A stretch of DNA of 64,000 nt from an uncultured virus (IMG/VR IMGVR_UViG_3300042691_032560) (lineage: Duplodnaviria > Heunggongvirae > Uroviricota > Caudoviricetes): the IMG/VR virus record IMGVR_UViG_3300042691_032560; one strand, given 5' to 3'. The notes beneath the pieces were generated by a model, which made no database searches, was not told where the DNA came from, and saw only the letters and a program-made list of their open reading frames with translations. Positions 48,001 through 54,698 of this stretch are shown here, one piece after another (the first letter of the stretch is position 1; every line of letters begins with the position of its first letter). The translations under genes were made by a program, and so were the position numbers.

Positions 48001-48601
48001 TTTGTGTTTTAATATTTTCATCCAATGACGAAATTCCACCATCAAATTGCTCATAAGGTAAATTTAATTTATTTAAAATTATATCAGGAATCTGAGTTTC
48101 ATCTAAATAAACAATCGAATCTATACCTGTATTACATCCTGAAAAGTCTATTTGGAATGGATATTCTTCAAACTGAGTACATTCAACAGCACATCCTGTA
48201 GAAATATCAGGACCCGCAAATGACAAACAATTAAACCCAACTGTAGTTGTATCAACGTTGGCTTTAACTCTTATAGACCAAGATGGTCCTGCATCATATC
48301 CTGATAGACCTAAAATTCTTGTAACAAACAATTGATTAGATTGTTGTAAATAAGCCTTAGCTATATAAGCCGCCTCATATTTTGGGATTTGTGTGTTTAT
48401 AAACTTTTCTGGTGTAGTCCCACCAAAATAGGTGGTGAATTCATCAAAGTTGGTAATAAAGATTGGCTCAAAAGCCGGACCCTTTAAAGTTTCACCAACA
48501 ATACCTAGAGTTGTAACACCAACACTTTGTGATACAAAACTCAAATCGACCTCAGAGGTATAAACCCCGGGAGATACGAATACTTTACTGTTAGAAGCCA
48601 T
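45014..48601 (-). CDS. Contractile tail sheath protein (gp18-like) with large insertion, 1195 aa
   Basis: FVSPGVYTSEVDLS, YYPWV, PWFAAAGYTRG, DTLYQGRINPI, IWGNKTL, DRINVRRLL, IKPTRSLEFI. Confidence 0.95.
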   Translation of the reverse strand: MASNSKVFVSPGVYTSEVDLSFVSQSVGVTTLGIVGETLKGPAFEPIFITNFDEFTTYFGGTTPEKFINTQIPKYEAAYIAKAYLQQSNQLFVTRILGLSGYDAGPSWSIRVKANVDTTTVGFNCLSFAGPDISTGCAVECTQFEEYPFQIDFSGCNTGIDSIVYLDETQIPDIILNKLNLPYEQFDGGISSLDENIKTQINNAIEDNSLQSTQINYYGVVPTTIYNDFISFGYTGISNVFEVDNISFDNADFSDPNNDPWYYAMFDNVGNAVYTGSSFYSYLSITPTTTSTNCATFYNYSVLGVEGSINYDTNTIDVVLPYASFSGTDLTSIVSDFSACCSGVTVNTILQESGITTNDFSFGSLTYELVSNDSTVTTYWTVSVTIQNPCNPIVSGNTGSGNVGEVLECFSGSVFGVIYVYSGMAYTNYDDLVIATLRSRGLATYSSDNGAVYEVPSLTGVTLNCTGSYSGITKNPYLTFGVNVTSKDGDVYFFETSFTNSDTEYITKVFGTTNFSKPRTVVPLFVEEKFQLLLNYGYRKGYIRGLDCELIALPDARQGFDPTSIGWYLEQYQSPTSPWVVSELRGNKVYNLFKFTTIADGNDANTEVKISIANISFGNGTFDVLVRDFYDSDANPVVIEKFTNCTMNPNENSFIAKKIGTKDGEYQLNSKYVMIEINEDAPVDALPCGFLGYNMREYAGARPPFPIYKTKYDFPGEVVYDPPFGLATGGNDAITSPGDNVRRTYLGVSDTIGIDVDFYQYKGKQTPLNICTDTTGDDWAYRTRGFHMDINASAITIGNGYTTSGAPAFYVGSASFTSDPDNETNPYYRIYARKFSLLCQGGFDGWDIYREYRTNSDRFVLGKSGYLRGACPDTRYPNATGWGAFKQISVGDNTMDYGNTDYYAYLLGQRTFSNPEAVNINVFVTPGIDYVNNSNLVEAAVEMVEFDRADSLYITTTPDYNMFSPTAGEPTELIYPQEAVDNLETAGLDSNYTCTYYPWVLTRDTVNNTQIYIPATAEVTKNLALTDNIAFPWFAAAGYTRGIVNAIKARKKLTQEDRDTLYQGRINPIATFSDVGTVIWGNKTLQIRQSALDRINVRRLLLQARKLISAVSVRLLFEQNDQKVRQDFLDAVNPILDAIRRDRGLYDFRVTVSSDTADLDRNQMTGKIYIKPTRSLEFIDITFYITPTGASFENI

Positions 48602-48636
48602 TATTAATTTTTTTGTTAGTTAATTTATTTTTATAG

Positions 48637-48687
48637 ATAAATATTTGAGAAAAAACCAAAATTCTTGACTTTATGATAAGTATTTAT
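48637..48687. promoter_or_regulatory. Back-to-back pair of TATTTAT motifs serving the sheath gene (-) and the RHH gene (+)
   Basis: ATAAATA at 48637-48643 and TATTTAT at 48681-48687, each 35 nt from its start codon; representative of 17 upstream copies. Confidence 0.7.
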
Positions 48688-48693
48688 AAATTG

Positions 48694-48717
48694 GGCAGAC
48701 TATTTTCTGCCTTTTTT
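48694..48717 (+). terminator. Terminator-like hairpin in the leader of the RHH gene
   Basis: GGCAGA-CTATTT-TCTGCC-TTTTTT, 5 nt before the ATG at 48723. Confidence 0.5.
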
Positions 48718-48722
48718 ATCTT

Positions 48723-48887
48723 ATGTTGCAGAACGGTCGAGAAATAAAGAATTTAAAGATTTCAAAAGATGTTCACAAACTATTAAAAGATTATTGTGAC
48801 AAGAAAGGAGTTAAGATTTATAGGTTTTTAGAGAAACTTATTATTGAAACCTGTAAAGAAAAAAAAGATATTTACGGTGAGGATTAA
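48723..48887 (+). CDS. 54-aa ribbon-helix-helix-like DNA-binding protein (not in ORF track)
   Basis: MLQNGREIKNLKISKDVHKLLKDYCDKKGVKIYRFLEKLIIETCKEKKDIYGED*: alternating strand KNLKIS, helix, G turn, helix. Confidence 0.7.
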   Translation: MLQNGREIKNLKISKDVHKLLKDYCDKKGVKIYRFLEKLIIETCKEKKDIYGED

Positions 48888-49921
48888 ACCAAAAGATTGT
48901 TGAATACCATAGATGTTTGACTATAGTAATCTGATTTAACTACCGATATTTTTAAAACGTCCCCATTATTAATCTGTATTTGTAAAACATCATCACCAAA
49001 ATAATTGTCATTAATATAAACCGAATATGACGATATATTGACAGGATTACTAATATTGACATTAACTGAATAATCAAATTTTTTGGTATAAATGTCGACA
49101 TCCACAGGAAAATCTATGTTCATAGTTGTGCTATCAGGATTTGAATTTCTTTTCTTTTGCCTTCTAACATCTTTTCTTTCAGTTTCAGTTAATTGTAAAA
49201 CTCTTGAAATTGCGGGTGACACCTCAAATTCATTCTCATCAATTAAAAAACCTAACATTGTAAATGAATAATTTTGTATATAAAACTTTCTTTTCTCGAG
49301 TTCCATAACTGATTCATCAGAAATTTCACCCATTATAATTGGAATATAATGACCTTTAATAACCTGATAAGCCTGTCTTGATGCAAATTTTTCTATGACA
49401 TTTTTATTGAATGAGTTTAATTCTCTCATTCTATTACAAATAATTTTCACAGAATAAGTTATATCTACAGGAACAGGTTGTGGTATTTTATATACATCGA
49501 ACCCTTGTCTATTCCCGTCCCAAGTCGGAACTTGAGCATAAAAATATTGTTTTCTATTTGGTATATTGTACATTACCGCAGGATTCGTTCCAAATTTAAC
49601 TTCAGGTGCCCTGACTACTGTAATGAATGGAGGTTCCGCGTTTTTATCTAAATTTTGGAAATTCCAAGTTTCTGTAAATTGAGCCCAATTTTGAGTGGTT
49701 ATAAGAATGTCAACCATTGGGACCACTTTACCATCAACAATTGTTTTTAACTCATCTTTAACAAAATCTAAAAATCCTTTATCCAAATCCGCATGTAATA
49801 ATGACTTCGGTAAAAATGTCCCGTCTTGTTGAATTTTTTCAGCAAGTTCATATCTCCTACTTAATAAAGTCTTAGGTTGAGTTAAAGGAATATGTTTTTT
49901 AATTTTTTTAGGTAATGGCAT
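48884..49921 (-). CDS. Tail terminator / sheath stabiliser (T4 gp15-like)
   Basis: PQPVPVDITYSVKIICNRMRELN resembles the gp15 PVP motif; located beside sheath and neck genes. Confidence 0.65.
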   Translation of the reverse strand: MPLPKKIKKHIPLTQPKTLLSRRYELAEKIQQDGTFLPKSLLHADLDKGFLDFVKDELKTIVDGKVVPMVDILITTQNWAQFTETWNFQNLDKNAEPPFITVVRAPEVKFGTNPAVMYNIPNRKQYFYAQVPTWDGNRQGFDVYKIPQPVPVDITYSVKIICNRMRELNSFNKNVIEKFASRQAYQVIKGHYIPIIMGEISDESVMELEKRKFYIQNYSFTMLGFLIDENEFEVSPAISRVLQLTETERKDVRRQKKRNSNPDSTTMNIDFPVDVDIYTKKFDYSVNVNISNPVNISSYSVYINDNYFGDDVLQIQINNGDVLKISVVKSDYYSQTSMVFNNLLV

Positions 49922-50079
49922 TATTCTTCATTGTTATGTCCACATTTATGACAGATATAAAGGTCGTCTCCTCCTTCTGATAATTTCCACGACCACCCAC
50001 ACTCATCACAAACCACTTTTTCTGAATCAACCATTTCGGTTAATTTTTGTAATTGTAATTCAGTTATTTTTATTTTCAT
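49921..50079 (-). CDS. 52-aa zinc-ribbon protein (not in ORF track)
   Basis: MKIKITELQLQKLTEMVDSEKVVCDECGWSWKLSEGGDDLYICHKCGHNNEE*; ATGA overlap upstream, TAATG overlap downstream. Confidence 0.8.
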   Translation of the reverse strand: MKIKITELQLQKLTEMVDSEKVVCDECGWSWKLSEGGDDLYICHKCGHNNEE

Positions 50080-50591
50080 AATCCTCTAAATTCGTTATCC
50101 GTCACAGGTGATGCGGTTATTGTTCTATAAAAAGGTAAATATCCAGCGTATGTGTGTTTGTTATCTGAAACAACACGACCATCATTATTAACCGTATAGT
50201 ATCTAACTCGTGATTCAGTTTCATAATATCCAATGTAATCACCAAAGTTTATATCAATCCCAAGTTCCTCCAAATGTTTTTGATATACTGAAATTTTAAT
50301 ATTACCAGGTTCCGTTTGTTCTATTTTAGAAGTTCCCAAATTTTTATTCTCAGGAGCCATTATTTGAACAAATGCCTTAAATTCAACTGGTGGATTAAAC
50401 TTTATACCGTCAGTTAGAGTTTCTCCATAAACATCATCGGTTTTAGTCTTATATCTATCAACACTATACAAAACCAATGTGAAATTCATATCACCATGTA
50501 ACCATTCCTCTCCCATTGATATATCAAGGTCATAATCCTCCGCTCCGAAAAATTTACCTATTCTTGAAATCGGTACTCTTGGTTGTCCCAT
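50076..50591 (-). CDS. Neck / head-closure protein (T4 gp14-like)
   Basis: TDDVYGE...KFNPPVEF and GDYIGY patterns; neighbours are gp15- and gp13-like. Confidence 0.6.
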   Translation of the reverse strand: MGQPRVPISRIGKFFGAEDYDLDISMGEEWLHGDMNFTLVLYSVDRYKTKTDDVYGETLTDGIKFNPPVEFKAFVQIMAPENKNLGTSKIEQTEPGNIKISVYQKHLEELGIDINFGDYIGYYETESRVRYYTVNNDGRVVSDNKHTYAGYLPFYRTITASPVTDNEFRGL

Positions 50592-50663
50592 ATTGATAAA
50601 TATCTAATTTTTACTATTTTTATAACATTAAAGATTGTTTTGGAAACAGGACAAATAGAAAAT

Positions 50664-52403
50664 ATGATTGAAAATAGAGCTCTGAATATTTTAGAGTCGT
50701 ATTCGGGTGCTAACAATTATATTTTAAGATTAAAAACTCAAAAAGAATCAAACAAAAAGTTTTACCCTACAAGAGCCCAATCTGAATATATTACAACTTA
50801 TCATGACGTTGTTCCGAAAGTGGCTAAAAAATGGGTTGATTTGGACCCATATTTTGCTAAGAAAATTGCCGATGAAAAACTTTATTCTGAAATACCTACT
50901 GAATTGTGGATTGAGAAACTATTAGTTGAAAAAGAAAAATCATATCATGTATGGGGTAAAGTTTTTTCGGGGGAAACTCTTCACGATTTTTGGTTACCCA
51001 AAGGTGCCATAATTAAAACGCACGTTATTAAAGATGTTACAGTTGACTATGAAAAGTATAAACATAGACCCGCTTTAGAACATCAGAAAATTGCTATTGA
51101 AAAATTGGTTGGTAGTACAAGGTTTATTTTGGCTGACGACATGGGATTGGGTAAAACCACCGCAACAATTATTGCCGCGTTAGAGACGGGTATTCAAAAA
51201 GTATTAATAATATGTCCCGCATCTCTCAAAATTAATTGGATGAGAGAGATTCAAAACTACACTGATAGGAGTGTTTATATTGCGGAGGGAAAAAACTTCT
51301 CATTAGAACATGATTTTGTGATTGTTAACTATGATATCATAAAGAATTTTTATGATTTAAAAGACAAACAAAATTCACCTATAACCCAAGGAAATTTTGA
51401 TTTAATTATAATAGATGAGGCTCACTATGTTCAAAATGTTCAAGCTCAAAGAACCAAATTGATTAATAGTTTTGCCAAAAATGTAAAAAGACTGTGGTTG
51501 TTAACGGGAACTCCAATGACATCTCGTCCGATGAATTATTTTAACCTATTAAGTTTAATTGATAGTCCCGTTGCTCAAAATTGGATGGCCTACGCCATAA
51601 GATATTGTCAAGGATATCAATTTAAGGCCGGAAATAGAAAAGTTTGGAATGTTACAGGGGCTTCAAATTTGGAGGAATTAAGAGATAGGACTTCTCGACA
51701 GGTTCTCAGGAGATTAAAAACTGAAGTTTTAGATTTACCCGATAAAATTATTTCTCCTGTATATCTCAGATTAAAGTCAAAAGTTTATGAGGAGTTGATG
51801 GGTGATTATTACAATTGGTATGAAAATAGAAAAGACGAATCATCATCATTAACTGTTCAATTTAACAAGTTAATGAAAGTAAGACAAACAATTGCCGATG
51901 AAAAAGTCTCAGATACCATAGAATTAATTCAAAATATTATTGACCAAGATAAAAAAGTTATAGTCTTTACCAACTTTACTGACACATTAAATAAAATTGC
52001 CGACCATTTTGGTAAACAAGCGGTTCGTTTAGATGGGTCAACAAGTAAACCAATGAGACAACATGCCGTTGACCAATTTCAAGAGAACGATAAGATTAAA
52101 GTATTCGTGGGTAATTTGTTGGCTGCAGGAGTTGGTTTAACCTTGACCGCTGCCGAGGCGGTTATATTCAACGACCTATCTTTCGTTCCCGCTCATCATC
52201 AACAAGCCGAAGATAGAGCTTATAGATACGGTCAAAAAAATTCAGTATCCGTTTATTATCCAATTTTTGACAACACGATTGAAGGGGTTATTTATGACAT
52301 GTTATCCAAAAAGAAAAATATAATCGATACTGTTATGGGGGATAATTTGGATAAGGCTGATTTTATAGAAGAATTGATGAATAGAATAAACTCTCGTTTA
52401 TAA
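50664..52403 (+). CDS. SNF2-family (SMARCAL1/HARP-like) helicase/ATPase
   Basis: LADDMGLGKT, DEAH, LTGTP, AGVGLTLT, QAEDRAYRYGQ. Start is more likely ATG 50664 or TTG 50640 than the tracked 50583. Confidence 0.92.
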   Translation: MIENRALNILESYSGANNYILRLKTQKESNKKFYPTRAQSEYITTYHDVVPKVAKKWVDLDPYFAKKIADEKLYSEIPTELWIEKLLVEKEKSYHVWGKVFSGETLHDFWLPKGAIIKTHVIKDVTVDYEKYKHRPALEHQKIAIEKLVGSTRFILADDMGLGKTTATIIAALETGIQKVLIICPASLKINWMREIQNYTDRSVYIAEGKNFSLEHDFVIVNYDIIKNFYDLKDKQNSPITQGNFDLIIIDEAHYVQNVQAQRTKLINSFAKNVKRLWLLTGTPMTSRPMNYFNLLSLIDSPVAQNWMAYAIRYCQGYQFKAGNRKVWNVTGASNLEELRDRTSRQVLRRLKTEVLDLPDKIISPVYLRLKSKVYEELMGDYYNWYENRKDESSSLTVQFNKLMKVRQTIADEKVSDTIELIQNIIDQDKKVIVFTNFTDTLNKIADHFGKQAVRLDGSTSKPMRQHAVDQFQENDKIKVFVGNLLAAGVGLTLTAAEAVIFNDLSFVPAHHQQAEDRAYRYGQKNSVSVYYPIFDNTIEGVIYDMLSKKKNIIDTVMGDNLDKADFIEELMNRINSRL

Positions 52404-52440
52404 GTCTAAAATGAGATATTTATATCTATAAAATATCTTG

Positions 52441-53220
52441 ATGAAAAACTTAGAGTCTAAAGCCGAATTACTTAAGGAAGAAATTATTTTACAAGAAAAG
52501 AAAGATAATCAAAACTTTCTTATAACTGAAATGAAACGAATTGGTATCGATAAATTACCATATTCATATTCTTCTTTAAAAAATTTCATTGATTCTAAAA
52601 CAATGGATGTTCATTATAACAATCACTACAAAACATATGTCAAAAAATTAAACGACGCTTTGTCAAAAAAAGATTATGGTGATGTTGAACTCGAGGAAAT
52701 TGTAAAATCAATAAGTAGATATAATAACAAAATTAGAAATAACGCCGGTGGGGCTTTTAATCATGCAATGTTTTGGAAAATGTTGTCACCAAAAAAACAA
52801 AAGGCCGAAGGTGAAGTTATAGAAAAAATTAAAAAACATTTTGGTAGTGTTAATGAGTTCAAACAAGAATTTGAGGAAACTGCTAAAGATAGATTTGGTT
52901 CGGGATGGGTTTGGTTAATCTTAACCAAGAATAATAAATTAAAGATTATGTCAACCGCCAATCAAGATAATCCACTTATGAATGTTATTGATGGTGGATA
53001 TCCTTTGCTAGGTTTGGACCTTTGGGAACATGCGTATTATCTAAAATACCAAAGTAAAAGAGACGAGTATATTAAAAATTTTTGGGATGTAGTAAATTGG
53101 CAATTTGTAAATGAACTTTACAAGTTGAAAACTGATAAGGAAACTAATGAGTCAGTAAAGACCACAAAAACCCAAATTTTAGAGAGTATAAAAGGACCTG
53201 TAAACTTTGGTCAAAAATAA
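52441..53220 (+). CDS. sod: Fe/Mn superoxide dismutase (Mn-type signatures) with N- and C-terminal extensions
   Basis: LPYSYSSL, HYNNHYKTYV, NAGGAFNHAMFW, FGSGWVWL, TANQDNP, DLWEHAYYL; all four metal ligands present. Confidence 0.95.
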   Translation: MKNLESKAELLKEEIILQEKKDNQNFLITEMKRIGIDKLPYSYSSLKNFIDSKTMDVHYNNHYKTYVKKLNDALSKKDYGDVELEEIVKSISRYNNKIRNNAGGAFNHAMFWKMLSPKKQKAEGEVIEKIKKHFGSVNEFKQEFEETAKDRFGSGWVWLILTKNNKLKIMSTANQDNPLMNVIDGGYPLLGLDLWEHAYYLKYQSKRDEYIKNFWDVVNWQFVNELYKLKTDKETNESVKTTKTQILESIKGPVNFGQK

Positions 53221-53257
53221 TTCTATTTAAGTAAATATTTATATAATAAACAAATCA

Positions 53258-54379
53258 ATGGCCATAATTGAAGAACCATATAGAAGTGAGCTCTATAAGA
53301 GATTAAGACACTTGTTAGGTGCCCCACTTAGAAGTGTGGAACTTGAGGACGAACAATTAGACTCTTTGTTAGAATTATCTATTGATGATTATTCACAATA
53401 TGTACAAGATTGGTTAATAGAGTCACAATGGTCCTCGTTATATGGACTTAATTTAGATACTCAGTCTTTGTCAAAGGCTTTTATTACAAAAAGTTTAGAC
53501 TATGAAGAAAGATATACCTATGCCTATTCTAAGATAGTTGGTTTACAGACAGGAGGTGATTCTGTGTTAAAGAAGGATTATGTCCAACTACAACCAAATC
53601 AACAAATTTATGAAATTCCCGCTAATAGAGAACTTAATGAACTTTTATGGTTTACTCCGGCCGAGTTAAATAATTTACTATTTGACCCTTGGTCATTTGG
53701 AGCCTTAGGTGGTGTTGGATTAGGTGGACCCGCGGGTTATTCTCAGATGGGTTATTCAGGGTCATACTTTATGATGCCAGCATTCGACATGTTATTAAGA
53801 ATGCAAGAAATCAACATTCAAAGAAGAATCATTGCTGGAGATTTAACATATAGAGTAACCGCATTACCTGAAGGTAAAAAGGCGTTACATCTTATGAATA
53901 CACCTGGAGGTAAATTTGATTTCGGTAACGCCACCCTAATGAGAGGAAAAGTATGGTATTGGTATTATGATGTTGAGGGTGCCGATAGAGATAAATGTTT
54001 AAAGGACAATCCTGATATTATTAAGTTACCATCTGATGTACCTTTTGAAAAAATAAATTGGATTGACCTAAATAATCCATCTCAAATATGGGTTCGTAGG
54101 TGGTTTTTCGCATATGCAAAAGAAACTTTATCAAGAGTAAGAGGTAAGTTTAGTGGTAACATTAAAACTCCTGATTCTGAATTAACAATGGACTACGCTT
54201 CATTGGCCACTGAGGCTAAAGATGAAAAATCAAAATTAATTGAAGAATTAATCGGAGCTGAAGGTCGTTTGACAAGATTGAAACCTGAAAAAGTAATGGA
54301 AAGAGAGGCATTGATTGCCGAAAATCTTAACAAACAAAAGAAATTTACAGCAATGCCGAGACAAATATACGTTATTTAA
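53258..54379 (+). CDS. Neck protein / head-tail adaptor (T4 gp13-like)
   Basis: LRHLLGAPLRSVELEDEQLD N-terminus and WVRRWFFAYAKETLSRVRGKF C-terminal block. Confidence 0.8.
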   Translation: MAIIEEPYRSELYKRLRHLLGAPLRSVELEDEQLDSLLELSIDDYSQYVQDWLIESQWSSLYGLNLDTQSLSKAFITKSLDYEERYTYAYSKIVGLQTGGDSVLKKDYVQLQPNQQIYEIPANRELNELLWFTPAELNNLLFDPWSFGALGGVGLGGPAGYSQMGYSGSYFMMPAFDMLLRMQEINIQRRIIAGDLTYRVTALPEGKKALHLMNTPGGKFDFGNATLMRGKVWYWYYDVEGADRDKCLKDNPDIIKLPSDVPFEKINWIDLNNPSQIWVRRWFFAYAKETLSRVRGKFSGNIKTPDSELTMDYASLATEAKDEKSKLIEELIGAEGRLTRLKPEKVMEREALIAENLNKQKKFTAMPRQIYVI

Positions 54380-54380
54380 T

Positions 54381-54698
54381 ATGGATAATAAATTTTTACG
54401 AAAACAAGTGGGGCAAAAAGTTTACACAATTAAAAAAATTGTTGAGGAGCCTGTATATTGGACGAGTGATGAAGAATTTATTTTGGTTAAAAATACAGTG
54501 GATAAAGTTGTTTTAGATAATAAAAAAACTAATGAAATAACAATTAAATCATTATCTCCTGTGATTGTTTCATGTACCGAAAATAAAATAGATGAAGAAT
54601 ATGATGAAATTTTATTAGAAAAAGGGTCATGTGTTCATCTATTGAAACTAAACAATATTTGGTACATTATATCTTCAGACGGACTCAAACTGAATTAA
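54381..54698 (+). CDS. Hypothetical protein, about 105 aa
   Basis: ATG at 54381 follows the gp13-like stop; the tracked start at 54315 overlaps the upstream gene. Confidence 0.6.
   Translation: MDNKFLRKQVGQKVYTIKKIVEEPVYWTSDEEFILVKNTVDKVVLDNKKTNEITIKSLSPVIVSCTENKIDEEYDEILLEKGSCVHLLKLNNIWYIISSDGLKLN

Noticed and set aside
50583..50663. Tracked N-terminal extension of the SNF2 ORF
   Set aside because: Overlaps the start and upstream motif of the divergent gp14-like gene; a later start is more plausible.
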